IMG/VR virus record: IMGVR_UViG_3300032289_002239 | Coordinates: 1 to 64,000 of that record | Strand: one strand, 5' to 3' | Length of the DNA stretch: 64,000 nt | Origin: a virus | Lineage: Duplodnaviria > Caudoviricetes | Shown here: positions 26,692 to 37,761 of the stretch, piece after piece | How the letters are laid out: each line of letters starts with the position of its first letter | Numbering within the stretch: position 1 is the first letter of the stretch | Notes under the pieces: model-generated | Seen by the model: the letters and a program-made list of their open reading frames with translations, nothing else | Told to the model about the DNA's origin: nothing | Database searches by the model: none | Made by a program: the position numbers and the translations under genes

Positions 26692-27942
26692 TTACAATAT
26701 GTTAAGGCAACGAGCATAATACATTTGTCTATCAGACAGTCCCCTAGTCCCACCATTTACTCTTCTAGTTACTGCATCAACAGTAGGATTAGTGTCACAT
26801 AGTTCATTCATTTTATTATTCATCCACCAAAAACCAGCGGAAGTGAAGGGATATTTTTCTGCAACATAATCGACGCCGGCCATTACTTGCGGATCTTTAA
26901 TAAAATCAGAGAATTTTTGATAGTTGTATCTACCAGTAAGTTGAATATACCCGGCCCCTTTAAATTTCCTACCATCACCAGGCTGAGTATTTCCTAAATC
27001 AGATCTACCCTCATAGTCATCTCCAGAAGCAAGTTCTTTAGTCCACTTACCTGCACCAGATTCATGAGAAATCTGAGAAATAAAATGAGAAATTCTAGAT
27101 TTAGTTGTAATATTAAATCTTGTTAGACATTCATTAAGTTCTTTTACTTGTGCATCAGTAACAGATCTTTGCCAGACATGCTCTAATTGAGTTTTAGAGA
27201 ATAGCTGTTTTTGTTCTGGTTTACTACCACTTCTGTATCTCTTTTCAAATTCTTTCTGTACTTCGCCAGAAGTATTTTTTTGTAAATATTCAAAAGCATC
27301 AATTTGCTGTGGCTCTTCTTTAAAAAACTTAGCCGCATCAGTGAATTTAATTGGTGGTTGCTGAACGACCGGATTTTGCTGACTAGAGCCTTGACTTATT
27401 GGAGGTTGAATTGAAGTATTTGATTCTTGATATACAGAAATATATACTGTTCCAGTCTTAGTCAATGGGAGAACTTTATCTTTCAAATCAATATTTTTAA
27501 GACGAATACACCCATGAGTTGAAAAAAGAGGTTGATTTGGAGCCCAGGCCATTGGCCACCCTGCAGCACTACCTCCACCATGTAACATAATCCCGGCTCT
27601 ACCATATCTTGATTCTTGATCTTCAAGTTCTACCATATCAAAAGAATACCACCCATAAGCAGCAAGAGTTCTATCATAAGCAGGATTAGCACCTACTTGT
27701 TCGTAATCTTTATAAATTTGTCCAATTTTATAGAGACCTGGTGGGGTATCGGTTTTGACATATCTAAACTCGATATCAGTTCCCTGTCCTCTCGCAAGAG
27801 CCGGTATCTCCCATAAAAGTTTACCATCAAAAGAATATGCTTTTGCGGTTTCTGAAATATCATTAACTACAATGTGACTATCTCCTGCCTTAAATCCAAA
27901 ATCTTGAGGTTTTTTATTAGGTCCTATCATTTTCTTATACAT
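26692..27942 (-). CDS. Endolysin-like fusion: L,D-transpeptidase (YkuD) domain + GH19
   Basis: DTPPGLY...IMLHGGG...THGCIRL; [11 protein letters not shown]...[15 protein letters not shown]...TRRVNGG. Confidence 0.85.
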   Translation of the reverse strand: MYKKMIGPNKKPQDFGFKAGDSHIVVNDISETAKAYSFDGKLLWEIPALARGQGTDIEFRYVKTDTPPGLYKIGQIYKDYEQVGANPAYDRTLAAYGWYSFDMVELEDQESRYGRAGIMLHGGGSAAGWPMAWAPNQPLFSTHGCIRLKNIDLKDKVLPLTKTGTVYISVYQESNTSIQPPISQGSSQQNPVVQQPPIKFTDAAKFFKEEPQQIDAFEYLQKNTSGEVQKEFEKRYRSGSKPEQKQLFSKTQLEHVWQRSVTDAQVKELNECLTRFNITTKSRISHFISQISHESGAGKWTKELASGDDYEGRSDLGNTQPGDGRKFKGAGYIQLTGRYNYQKFSDFIKDPQVMAGVDYVAEKYPFTSAGFWWMNNKMNELCDTNPTVDAVTRRVNGGTRGLSDRQMYYARCLNIL

Positions 27943-27967
27943 ACATTATGTAAATATTTAGGTTTTG

Positions 27968-28404
27968 TGTGGTTTTTTAACGGTCAAGAATTTAATGAGG
28001 TTGATAAGAAATATGAGGGATTTGTTTATTTAATAACAAATCTTGAAAATGGAATGAAATATATTGGCAAGAAGCATTTTTGGGAAAGGAGAAAGAATCC
28101 AAAAACCGGAAGACGCCAAACAAAAGAAAGTGATTGGAGAAAATATTTTGGAAGTTGCGATCAATTAAAAGAAGACGTTAAAAATCTAGGGGAAGATAAA
28201 TTTAAAAGAGAAATCTTGTATTTATGTCCACACAAAAAAAGCATGTCTTATTATGAAACATGCGAGCAATTTAAAAGAAATGTTTTAATGGATGAAAGTT
28301 ATTACAATACTAATATTGAAGGAAAATTTTATACTAGTGAAGTAGAGAGGATTTACGGTTTAGTTATAGAGTCAGCTGATCCACAAGAAAAAGAACCTCA
28401 TTAA
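27968..28404 (+). CDS. GIY-YIG (Seg-like) endonuclease
   Basis: GFVYLITN..NGMKYIGKK, Y.GS, FKREIL; start moved to the GTG of VWFFNG. Confidence 0.75.
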
Positions 28405-28515
28405 GATACTTATTAGCGAGATTCTTTTCTTGTTGAGATCTAGGCTCATTATAGAGCCTAGTTTTTAGGTTATTCAGTTTAGCTTTTAAAGTATAAATAT
28501 CAGTTATGTTGATCA

Positions 28516-29805
28516 TTAGTCGTTTAAGTATTCAAGAGCGATGTCAACTACGCTATCTTCGGTTAAGGATTCAAGGATATCCAGGGCCTCGGATTCATCT
28601 TGGGCATAACCAATATTCATAATATCTTCAAGGATAAAATCAATTAAATCATAATAATCAGACTCTTTTAGTTGACTCGCAAACTTGGCGGCACGTTCAC
28701 GAACACCAGTTCCTGCCCTTTGTGAGGAAAGAACTGCTCCAGGAGCCGCAAATCTTACACCTCTTGCTGTTCTACCCCCAGCAGCCTTTGCTAGTTTTTT
28801 CGCTGCTTCTGTCTTCCTGGCTGAAATTTGTTGTCTTTGAACAGCAGGTTGCCCTGAAGTAGAGGCTGGTAGAGCCTTCCTTGAAGCCGGAGATTTTACA
28901 TCGGAACCAGTAGTACCTTTGGCGGCAACGTCTAGTTTACGCTGAACAATTGCCCGACGAGTTGCGGTTTCTGGACGAGCCGGGGGAAGAGCCTTAGGCT
29001 TTGCAAAAGCATCACCCACTTCAGCTCTCGCAACAGCAGCCCTTTTACCTGCTTTTCTCTGTAGAGCAACACCAACTCTGCGAATAGCCCGACCTACCGT
29101 TTTCCGTGTACTACCAGTTTTTTCTGATGGTTCAGTGGTAACCGTAACTTTTCTACCCCCTACATTAACTGATCTAGTAGTCGCGGGAGCATTAGAAGCA
29201 TTGATACCACTAGCCATCATCCTTTTACCTACTCCACCAAGAGCCTTACCGCCTCTACGGAGAAGACCTTTGAGAAGAGCCTGACCTCTTTCAACAACTT
29301 TACCACCAAGAGCCTTTGCGGATTTCGCTAGACCGCCAGCCGATCCTGCTACAGCCTGCTTGACTGAAGAAATAGGGCCAGTAAGTTTATTTCTAACAGT
29401 TCTAGCGGTGCTGCGAATTCTCTCTCTACGTGCATCTCTTCTTTGTTTGGCTTGTTGTTCTGCTTCCGCAGCCTGTTTCTTTGCAACAATACTAGCGGCC
29501 ATTCTTCGTTGATTACCGGCAATATCACCTTTACCATAAGTAATAGTTGCCTCATAAAGAACATCGGCAATAAGTTGATCATAAGACTCACAGATTACTT
29601 CATCCTCTAGGGCATAATCGATCATCTCAAAAGATTCTTCTAGGGTGTTTCCATAATCGCGGAATTCCCAGACGAGTTCTTCGATTACTTCTTCAATGTG
29701 CTCGGGAAGCATGTGATCGACAAATCGAAGATTATCAAAAGACTCTTCGATTTTGCGATGGTCATAAATTTCAGAATAGGCTTCAGTGAGAACGTATCTT
29801 GACAT
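28516..29805 (-). CDS. Hypothetical, probable internal virion protein
   Basis: Acidic termini, Ala/Arg/Lys-rich middle, CTAAATA promoter. Confidence 0.55.
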   Translation of the reverse strand: MSRYVLTEAYSEIYDHRKIEESFDNLRFVDHMLPEHIEEVIEELVWEFRDYGNTLEESFEMIDYALEDEVICESYDQLIADVLYEATITYGKGDIAGNQRRMAASIVAKKQAAEAEQQAKQRRDARRERIRSTARTVRNKLTGPISSVKQAVAGSAGGLAKSAKALGGKVVERGQALLKGLLRRGGKALGGVGKRMMASGINASNAPATTRSVNVGGRKVTVTTEPSEKTGSTRKTVGRAIRRVGVALQRKAGKRAAVARAEVGDAFAKPKALPPARPETATRRAIVQRKLDVAAKGTTGSDVKSPASRKALPASTSGQPAVQRQQISARKTEAAKKLAKAAGGRTARGVRFAAPGAVLSSQRAGTGVRERAAKFASQLKESDYYDLIDFILEDIMNIGYAQDESEALDILESLTEDSVVDIALEYLND

Positions 29806-29840
29806 ATGTATTGAATGGTTAAGTTCTTTTATTATTTAGT

Positions 29841-29862
29841 AAAAAAGCCCCGTAGGGGGGCC
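29841..29862 (-). terminator. Terminator after nrdB
   Basis: GCCCC..GGGGC hairpin + TTTTTT. Confidence 0.65.
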
Positions 29863-29868
29863 GGAGTT

Positions 29869-31038
29869 TCATAGTTTAAAGTCAGCAAAACTATCTGGTT
29901 TAATGTCCTGATTAAGACCACCGACGATATACGATTCAAGTGGTTCTTCCTGAGGTGGATTTTGAACATTCTTAGAATTAAGCCAATTTTCTGTCCAAGG
30001 AAGAGGATTATTATTGGCTGGTACATCATAAAGAGGTTTAAGCCCAATACTCTTTATTCTGCGATTTGCAATCCATTCAACATAATTAAAAAGAAGTTTA
30101 TCATTAAGACCAATCATACTTCCGTCTTTAAAAAGATATTGAGCCCATCGTTTCTCTTCATCCACAACTTTTTTAAACATTTCATAAACATAGGGCTCTT
30201 CTTCTTTAGCAATTTTAGCCATATCAGGATCATCTACACCGGTTTTCCATTTTGTCAAAATATTTTGAGTCAAGAAAAGATGGAGACGTTCATCATGAGC
30301 AATTTTAGAAATAATCTTAGCAGAACCTTCCATTAAATGGAGTTCACCAAAAGCAAAAGAACAAGCGAATGAGACATAAAAACGAATACCTTCTAGAATA
30401 TTAATATTAGAAACAGCCCTATAAAGTTTCCGTTTGACTTCATGTAATTCATTTTTGCCTAATTCTATACCCTCGTTATTAAACTTCCAAAGATTAGAAG
30501 CACTATAATTCTGAGCTGATTGAATATAGTCATCGTATGATTCCGTTACATTTTTTGCCCTTTCTAAGATATTTTCATCACCAATAATAGTATCAAATAC
30601 TTCAGACGGATTTGCATAAACATTTTTAATAATAAAAGTGTAAGAATAACTATGAATCATTTCCATAAATTCCCAACAAATCATGGCAGATTCAAGTTCT
30701 GGAAGTGAACAATACGGAATTAATCCAATTCCGGGACCTCTCCCCTGCACTGAATCAAGCATAATTTGATACTTCAGATTAGAAGTAAAAATATGCTTTT
30801 GTTCGGGGCGAAGTTTTTGATAATCTGCTCTGTCTTTAGGGAACATATATTGATAGGCTTCAGGTCTCCAGAAAGCCCCCAATTGTTGTTGAGTTAGTTT
30901 ATAAAAAACCGGAAACTTATTAATGTCGTATCTTTGAATACCTAAAGGTTGTCCAAAGAACATTGGTTGATTTACTGAATCTACCTTATTTTTATTAAAA
31001 ACAGTCATACCTTGTATTTCAGAGTTTACATGCGTCAC
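29869..31038 (-). CDS. nrdB: Ribonucleotide reductase class Ia beta subunit
   Basis: FWRPE, LDSVQG, EMIHSYSY, EGIRFY.SF, DERLH. Confidence 0.95.
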   Translation of the reverse strand: MTHVNSEIQGMTVFNKNKVDSVNQPMFFGQPLGIQRYDINKFPVFYKLTQQQLGAFWRPEAYQYMFPKDRADYQKLRPEQKHIFTSNLKYQIMLDSVQGRGPGIGLIPYCSLPELESAMICWEFMEMIHSYSYTFIIKNVYANPSEVFDTIIGDENILERAKNVTESYDDYIQSAQNYSASNLWKFNNEGIELGKNELHEVKRKLYRAVSNINILEGIRFYVSFACSFAFGELHLMEGSAKIISKIAHDERLHLFLTQNILTKWKTGVDDPDMAKIAKEEEPYVYEMFKKVVDEEKRWAQYLFKDGSMIGLNDKLLFNYVEWIANRRIKSIGLKPLYDVPANNNPLPWTENWLNSKNVQNPPQEEPLESYIVGGLNQDIKPDSFADFKL

Positions 31039-33289
31039 AATCTTCTTCCTCTATGTCTAGAATGTCGTCTACTAAATTTTCGATTTCCATATCATCACCT
31101 TTACCATCATAGGTATTGAGATAATATGCTGTTTTATGTCCCAGGAAATACGATGAAAGGAAATCCTTAACAATAACACTCATGGGAACCTTATTATCTG
31201 GATAGTGCTGGGGATTATAGCTCCAGTTGGTACTTATAGATTGATCAAAGAATTTTTGCATCACTGCAACAATATTGAAGTATCCTTCATTTGATTTCAT
31301 GTCCCAAAGTAAAGTATAATTATTTTTTAGTTTATTATACTGAGGAACAATATGGCAAACTTTTCTCTTAACAGATAGATACCCCCGAGGTGGCTCAATA
31401 CCATTAGTCGTATTAAGAATTTTTGAAGACGATTCACATGGCATTTGAGCTGTGTGGGTAGTATGCCTCAAACCAAATGCGTCAATTTCTTTTCTAAGGG
31501 CCTCCCAATCATGATGTAGAGGCTCAGAACAAATACTATCAACCTCTTTTTTATAAGTATCGATTGGTAAAACCCCATCAGCATATTTCGTATTTACAAA
31601 TCCTTCACACACACCCTTTTCCTTGGCTAATTGAACAGAAGTTTTAAGTAGATAGTACTGGAGACTTTCACTTAGCCTATGAACAAGATTAACTGCTTCT
31701 GGATCCTCATAATTTACATTATTTCTAGCAAGATAATGGGCCAAACCAGTTATCCCAATACCTAAGGTTCTATTCTTCTTTGTAGGAATTTCCGCTGCCT
31801 TAACGGGGTATTCTTGAATATCAATTAATTCATCAAGGAATCTGACAAGAAGATCACAATATTCTTTAAGTTCATCAAGAGATTTTAAAGTCCCAACATT
31901 TATGGCAGAAAGAATACATAGAGCAATAGCTCCGTTAATATCATCAATGTGTTCTAGCGGGTCAGTCAACAGGGCTATTTCCATACAAAGGTTACTCATC
32001 CTTATAACTCGCTTATAAGGACTATGAGAATTAACATGGTCAATATTCATTAGATAAAGGCGACCAGTATCACTCCTTTCACCTAAGATTTCAAGAGTTA
32101 ATTCTTGAGCACTTACGACTTCCTTTGGAATTGACGGATCATTTTCATACCTTATATAAAGTTCATCAAATTCTGGAGTACCGAATGCCTCATAAAGCCC
32201 CGGTACATCATATGGAGAAAACAGTGTGATATTTCCATTTTTAATAAACCTCTCATAAAAAATCTTGGAAGTAGTTACAGCATAATCAAGAGAACGAGCA
32301 CGGTTTTCATCGTTACCTTTTTCATTTTTTAATACAATTAGCTCACGAATTTCTTGGTGCCATATAGGAAAAAATAAAGTTGCCGAACCTTTCCTGATAC
32401 TTCCTTGCGAACAAGAATTTAAAATACCTTCAAAAGACTTGATAAAAGGAACAAGCCCAGTATGAATTGCATCGCCTTTGCGTATTTCTTTACCCAAACC
32501 ACGAATTCTTCCTACATTCAAGCCAATTCCTGCCTTATTTGAAACATATCGCATTAAAGCAGAGTTAGTCGCAATAATAGACTCAAGAGAATCGCCACAA
32601 TCTAAAAGAGTGCAACTAGAGTATTGTCGCTTTTTAGTTCTAACTGCTGCCATAATTGGCGTAGGAATATTGATTTTATGCTTACTAGCTACATCATAAA
32701 ATCTTTTAACATAATTTAGTCTAGTCTCTTTTGGATATTTGGCAAATGCAACTAGGCCAATCATAATATACATAAACTGCGGAGTCTCATAAAGAGTCTT
32801 AGTAGTCCTGTTTTGCACAAGATACTTGTCCACTGCCTCCCGCAGTGCAGCATATGTAAACAGCAAATCCCGATCATGATCAATAAAAGAATTAGCCTCG
32901 TCTAGTTCTTCCTCGGTATAATTATCATAAATGGCCGAATCATAAACACCAAGTTCTACACATTTTTTAATATGCTCACTGAGATGGGGTAGATCAATTC
33001 TACCACCATAAATTTTCTTCCTGATTGAAAAAAGAAGAAGTCTAGCCGCAACATACTGATAGTTTGGATGGTCCAAAGAAATTAAATCAGATGCGGATTT
33101 AATAAGAATTTCTTGAATCTCATTAGTAGTAATCCCATCATAAAACTGAATCCCAGAAGCCATTTCCACTTGAGATACAGAAACCCCAGAGAGTCCATCA
33201 CAAGAGCATTGAACCATCTCATGAAGTTTTGATAGCAGCAATGGCTCAATACCGCCATTGCGTTTTTTTACATTAATTTCCTCGTTCAT
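31019..33289 (-). CDS. nrdA: Ribonucleotide reductase class Ia alpha subunit
   Basis: ATP cone, PTPIM, SSC, SNLCMEI, MPCESSS, C-terminal CDAC. Confidence 0.95.
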   Translation of the reverse strand: MNEEINVKKRNGGIEPLLLSKLHEMVQCSCDGLSGVSVSQVEMASGIQFYDGITTNEIQEILIKSASDLISLDHPNYQYVAARLLLFSIRKKIYGGRIDLPHLSEHIKKCVELGVYDSAIYDNYTEEELDEANSFIDHDRDLLFTYAALREAVDKYLVQNRTTKTLYETPQFMYIMIGLVAFAKYPKETRLNYVKRFYDVASKHKINIPTPIMAAVRTKKRQYSSCTLLDCGDSLESIIATNSALMRYVSNKAGIGLNVGRIRGLGKEIRKGDAIHTGLVPFIKSFEGILNSCSQGSIRKGSATLFFPIWHQEIRELIVLKNEKGNDENRARSLDYAVTTSKIFYERFIKNGNITLFSPYDVPGLYEAFGTPEFDELYIRYENDPSIPKEVVSAQELTLEILGERSDTGRLYLMNIDHVNSHSPYKRVIRMSNLCMEIALLTDPLEHIDDINGAIALCILSAINVGTLKSLDELKEYCDLLVRFLDELIDIQEYPVKAAEIPTKKNRTLGIGITGLAHYLARNNVNYEDPEAVNLVHRLSESLQYYLLKTSVQLAKEKGVCEGFVNTKYADGVLPIDTYKKEVDSICSEPLHHDWEALRKEIDAFGLRHTTHTAQMPCESSSKILNTTNGIEPPRGYLSVKRKVCHIVPQYNKLKNNYTLLWDMKSNEGYFNIVAVMQKFFDQSISTNWSYNPQHYPDNKVPMSVIVKDFLSSYFLGHKTAYYLNTYDGKGDDMEIENLVDDILDIEEEDCDACKL

Positions 33290-34248
33290 TTTTTCTTCCA
33301 AAAGTTAAATTTGAGTTGTGCTTCTAAGTCTTTATAAACATTTTTAGACAAAACGTCTTGAACATCAATACCAGCTAAAACAGCATCATTAACGTCCTTT
33401 TCTTTTATTGTTTCTGGCCATATTACGATCGAATACCCTCGTTGAATTGCCTTTGACATTCTGTCATGGATTTCTTTATTGCGGGGTTCGTTATCATAAA
33501 CATAGACCGGGTAATAGATATTTAGATTTTTTAAATCTATATCTGCCCCACACATTGCTATTGAATTTTTTATAAAATATGAATCAAAAGGACCCTCTAA
33601 AACATAAACAAGATTTTCCTTATCTATTGAATCATAGTTATAAATTTTTGGGGCATCTTTATTAAACATAATTGTTATATATTTAATCGGAGAAGGACCT
33701 ATGGATCTACCCTGAACTCCGATTAAAGCCTTATTATAGTACAAAGGTATTACTATTCTAGGCTCAGATTTTAAGTTGGGTTCTTCAGTAATTGAGTTAA
33801 CCCATTTACTGAAATCATCCGCATAATAATATAAATTAGGATCTAACTTCCTCTTCTCCAAGTATTCTTTTGCTTGAGTATCAGAAGATGCTTTTGGCAA
33901 AGAAATTTTCTCTCTAAATACCGGAGTTTTTATATCAAACTTTGGTGATTCAACAACAAAGTTTTTACCAGTAAATCCTGCTCTATATTTTTCAATTGAA
34001 AACTCCTTATAAAGAATCTGGTCAATTTCTTTTAAGAAATTATTAAACGAAATACTTATGCCACAATTATGGCATTTATAATTTGTGTTATTGTTTACAG
34101 GATATAAATAACCTCTGGCTTTTCTCTTAGACCTGGATGAATCTCCACAAAAAGGACATCTAAAATTATAAAGTTTTGGTTTTACTTTTTTATAATTTTG
34201 TAGCCTTGAAGAAACTCGTTCAATAAAACTCTCATCAATAAAATCCAC
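33286..34248 (-). CDS. gp61: DNA primase (T4 gp61)
   Basis: CPFCGDS..KARG, CHNCG, QGR, EGPFDS, DNEPRN. Confidence 0.93.
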   Translation of the reverse strand: MDFIDESFIERVSSRLQNYKKVKPKLYNFRCPFCGDSSRSKRKARGYLYPVNNNTNYKCHNCGISISFNNFLKEIDQILYKEFSIEKYRAGFTGKNFVVESPKFDIKTPVFREKISLPKASSDTQAKEYLEKRKLDPNLYYYADDFSKWVNSITEEPNLKSEPRIVIPLYYNKALIGVQGRSIGPSPIKYITIMFNKDAPKIYNYDSIDKENLVYVLEGPFDSYFIKNSIAMCGADIDLKNLNIYYPVYVYDNEPRNKEIHDRMSKAIQRGYSIVIWPETIKEKDVNDAVLAGIDVQDVLSKNVYKDLEAQLKFNFWKKK

Positions 34249-34262
34249 AATATAAAAACTTT

Positions 34263-34742
34263 TTATCGAGCTTTCAGATCTACCATAGCAGGGGGAGTTG
34301 GATTTGTCAAGGCCTTTTCCTCATCAGAAAGAATTTTAACAAAAAATCCAGAATTTTGTATAATAAATCCAATAAATAACGCACAAGCCGCAACAGCAGC
34401 CAACTTTAAGTTAATGTTTGTTTGGTCATCTTCTACTTTAGTTAGCCTTTTGTCTAAGTTTTGCTCTACCTTTTCTAGGGTAGCATTAACTTTATGAATT
34501 TCATTTAAAACATTTTTGTGATCTTCCTCCATTTTTTTATAAATATTATCTATTTTACCATTTATACTTCTTTCTGATTTTTCCCTAACTTCAAATTTTT
34601 CTTCATGCACAGCAATCATTTTAGTCAAGTTAATATTGACTTGACTAATTTTTTCTATTGCATCATCAACTTTTAGAAATATTTCCTTTAGGTCTGATAC
34701 TCTTTGCTCTAAAACAGCGACTCTTATTAAATCTTCTGACAT
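34263..34742 (-). CDS. Coiled-coil protein with C-terminal TM
   Basis: MIAVHEEK motif; hydrophobic tail. Confidence 0.6.
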   Translation of the reverse strand: MSEDLIRVAVLEQRVSDLKEIFLKVDDAIEKISQVNINLTKMIAVHEEKFEVREKSERSINGKIDNIYKKMEEDHKNVLNEIHKVNATLEKVEQNLDKRLTKVEDDQTNINLKLAAVAACALFIGFIIQNSGFFVKILSDEEKALTNPTPPAMVDLKAR

Positions 34743-34793
34743 GGTTGCTTAAAGTGGGAGATTATTTATTCACTTTAGCATTAATTATATTAA

Positions 34794-35039
34794 TTATTTA
34801 GTAATTAACCCAAGAGAGGTAAGTAACATTCTATATTTTTTAACGAATGGATTACGAACATCGAGCCTTCCATTTCTTCTTACAGGAAGCCCAAACATTG
34901 GTTGAGTATAGCCCGCAGTAGGACCTTCTTTAGGGGAAAGCTCACCAAATCCCCCAGATTGACCCGGCGCGTTTGCCACAGTCATTTCCTCTCTCACTAG
35001 TTTTATAATTTCTTCGATTTTATAATTATTAAAATCCAT
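34794..35039 (-). CDS. Hypothetical protein
   Basis: Likely start MDFNNYK after CTAAATA. Confidence 0.5.
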   Translation of the reverse strand: MDFNNYKIEEIIKLVREEMTVANAPGQSGGFGELSPKEGPTAGYTQPMFGLPVRRNGRLDVRNPFVKKYRMLLTSLGLITK

Positions 35040-35146
35040 AGAAAGTTTTAAAATTATATAGCTCAGTCTATTTAGTAAAGTTATGTTAAATATAGTAATA
35101 AAAAACAATAAAATTTTACAAACTCTATTGATTTTCTAACGGTGAC

Positions 35147-35527
35147 TTAGTTATTAGTCAGCTCTTGTAATTTTTCCATACAAAATATATCTATTTCAAT
35201 ATCATGTATAAAACACTTAGGATAATCAGGTAATCTGTTGAGAAATACAACAAAAGTCTTAATAGTATTCCAAAGTTCTTTTGGAACCTTAAAAAACAGC
35301 ATTGGAGTTGCTGCATCTCCAAAAATATTATAAAGTATAATAAAATGTTTAAGTATTAGCTGCATTTTTAAAATGCCAGTATTGCTATACTTTGTTAAAT
35401 GTCTTTTAATATATTTAAAATGATTTAAATCTTTATGAAAATCTTCTTCGGTTAAACCTTGTGGATTATTATAATTTTTTATTGCAAAAAGAAGAAAATT
35501 TTCTTCATTCAATTCATTAAAGAACAT
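35147..35527 (-). CDS. Conserved T4-like phage hypothetical protein
   Basis: ELNEENFLLFAIKNYNNP...FKYIKR...LYNIFG. Confidence 0.7.
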   Translation of the reverse strand: MFFNELNEENFLLFAIKNYNNPQGLTEEDFHKDLNHFKYIKRHLTKYSNTGILKMQLILKHFIILYNIFGDAATPMLFFKVPKELWNTIKTFVVFLNRLPDYPKCFIHDIEIDIFCMEKLQELTNN

Positions 35528-35536
35528 TATTAATTA

Positions 35537-36052
35537 TCAAGCAGGAGGATAAACAGGTGTATTTCCAGTTTCTATTCCAGACATTGCGACTAGAGTTTCA
35601 GCCTTAACTCTAAGTTGACCATCACACATATAAGTTGTAACACCTACCCAGCCTTGGTGTGTAATCTCATATCTAGTAGTTTTTGATGCGGCGGCTCCAC
35701 CTTCAGCAACACCATAAACATATGCGTCGTAATTAGTATTACGTTCACCGTAATATGGATCTAATGTAGTATACTTTGGAAGTTGGCTAATTGAAAACGC
35801 GGTAGATGCAATCGCGGATCCACTTAGATTAGTAGTGCTTGCAATAGAGAGTTGAGTAGTGCTTGCGATACCAACAATTACAGCATCACCGAAATGAACA
35901 CCCGCTCTATCGCCAAACCGAATTACATCACCAGTACTAGCAGCTCCGGTTTGACCAAAAGAAGTACCTGCGCCGGTAACAACTAAAGTAGAATAATTGA
36001 GAGATACTGTTCCGTTAGAACCAATATTGTCTTTTGATCCCCAGAGAGACAT
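35537..36052 (-). CDS. Putative virion structural protein
   Basis: MSLWG...HQGWVG...RVKAETLVAMS. Confidence 0.65.
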   Translation of the reverse strand: MSLWGSKDNIGSNGTVSLNYSTLVVTGAGTSFGQTGAASTGDVIRFGDRAGVHFGDAVIVGIASTTQLSIASTTNLSGSAIASTAFSISQLPKYTTLDPYYGERNTNYDAYVYGVAEGGAAASKTTRYEITHQGWVGVTTYMCDGQLRVKAETLVAMSGIETGNTPVYPPA

Positions 36053-36131
36053 AGCTATTTTCCTATTTTAAAGTTATAAAATTATTTAGTAGAATTATAA
36101 ATTAAAAGGGAGGAAATTCCTCCCTTTTTCA

Positions 36132-36303
36132 TCAACCTAAGAGTTTTTTGCGAACAAGATCAACGACCATGTTATCGACATCAGTATCGGTAGACTTGGC
36201 ATAACGATCTAAAAGATGAACAACAAATTCTTTTACTTCTCTGGATTGCCAGAAATAATCAACTACTTTTTGAGCGAAAATGAGAACTAGATTGAATTTC
36301 ATT
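36132..36303 (-). CDS. Small hypothetical protein
   Basis: Manual: MKFNLVLIFAQ...AKSTDTDVDN...KKLLG; followed by hairpin terminator 36104-36130; end coordinate approximate. Confidence 0.5.
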
Positions 36304-36344
36304 TTTGAATCTCCCTTTTTAGTAGTGGGTATAGTTATTTAGGA

Positions 36345-37754
36345 TTAATAATTTTCTCTGACAAATTCAATTACCTTTTCGGCTAATTCTTCTTTTTTCT
36401 CTGGGATTCCTCCATGAGAAGTTTTAGCATACTTACGAATTTGTTTTTCTGACATTGTATCAACAATTTTTAAAACCTCTTTGCTAACTTTATTTCTTGA
36501 GGTTTCACCGCGCTTTACTGAAAGAGCCAGACCAAAAAGTTTTTGTTGTTGCTCAGAAACAGCCTTCTCATAAAGTTCTTCATATTCTTCATAAAGCTCA
36601 TCCCATGTATATTCAGAAAGATCATACCCTTCTTGAAGGAGATCTTCTACCCATTCCCTGAATTGAGAATTTCCGCGAGAAAAAAAACTACCTAGAGCAG
36701 CGCCCGCGCCCCCGCCTAATTGTTGAGCAATAGTCCCACCAGATTTTTTAATATCCATTGCTTTACTATGCCCTTTAAGGGCGGAGAGGACCCCTCTAGC
36801 AACAGTATCTTTAAGTCTATCTGCTACTTCTTTTCTTTTTTTTGCTGATTTTAAATTATCAATAATTCTTTGTTGACCTGGGGGAAGATTTGTTTTTTTA
36901 TTTGAAAAATTTATAGATAACTGGCCAGGAGATGGAGAACGTTCTGTTTCACTATCTGAAGATGATTTAGATGGAGTGTGTTTAATGACAGAAGCAGATC
37001 CGGTTTGACTTGTTATTTTTGGAGATTTTCTCGCTTTTCCTTTACTTGTAAGAAGTTCTCCTTGTACGGCTTCTTCACAGATGATATTATAACCAAACTC
37101 TAAGACCCACTCAGAAAATTCTTCAACACCAATTTCATCAATGAGATTTTGAATTTCATCAAGTGTCAGCCCCTCCTCACAAAGATAATCAGAAACAATA
37201 TTAATAGACTCTTGAATAAAGTCCTCATCTAATTCTTCAACGTCAAGTAAAAATGATTCGGTTTTAACTTCTGGATTAATTGTTACAACCGGATTTTTAC
37301 CATTGTAATTGTTAACATTTTTTTCTTTAATTTGTTTCTGCTCTTCGGAATCAACAATTTCCCAAAGAGTATTTTCGTCAATAGTATCTCGCCAGCTATA
37401 ATACCGACTTTCCTTTACTGATTTTTTCTTTTTCTTAGTAGAGTTTTCTTCTTCCTCTTCGTCTTCCTCTTCTTCCTCTTCTTCCTCTTCGTCTTCCTCT
37501 TCTTCGTCTTCTTTGTTAATTGCTTTGGATCTTACTTTTCTTCTGTTTGATAAATATGAATCAGTTTCATCTGAATCCCCATCATTATCAATGTCATCAT
37601 CCTCTTGTCCTACAGGATCTAATCTTGGTTTTTTATACTCTTGAATCTGAACAAATTCTTCATCAATCCTTTGCTGAAGAAGGTTATTGTGAGAAACTTC
37701 CTCGATATATACCCTTTTCATTTCAGCAAGGGCATTGACAATTTTTTCTGACAT
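36345..37754 (-). CDS. Hypothetical acidic, probable internal head protein
   Basis: LDPVGQED.DIDNDGD.D..D.YL..RRK, poly-E tract, EKAVSEQQQK. Confidence 0.65.
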   Translation of the reverse strand: MSEKIVNALAEMKRVYIEEVSHNNLLQQRIDEEFVQIQEYKKPRLDPVGQEDDDIDNDGDSDETDSYLSNRRKVRSKAINKEDEEEEDEEEEEEEEEDEEEEENSTKKKKKSVKESRYYSWRDTIDENTLWEIVDSEEQKQIKEKNVNNYNGKNPVVTINPEVKTESFLLDVEELDEDFIQESINIVSDYLCEEGLTLDEIQNLIDEIGVEEFSEWVLEFGYNIICEEAVQGELLTSKGKARKSPKITSQTGSASVIKHTPSKSSSDSETERSPSPGQLSINFSNKKTNLPPGQQRIIDNLKSAKKRKEVADRLKDTVARGVLSALKGHSKAMDIKKSGGTIAQQLGGGAGAALGSFFSRGNSQFREWVEDLLQEGYDLSEYTWDELYEEYEELYEKAVSEQQQKLFGLALSVKRGETSRNKVSKEVLKIVDTMSEKQIRKYAKTSHGGIPEKKEELAEKVIEFVRENY

Positions 37755-37761
37755 AATTCTA

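Noticed and set aside
37445-37512. TCTTCC/TCTTCG tandem repeat
   Set aside because: It simply encodes a poly-Glu/Asp tract; not a CRISPR or DNA-level repeat system.
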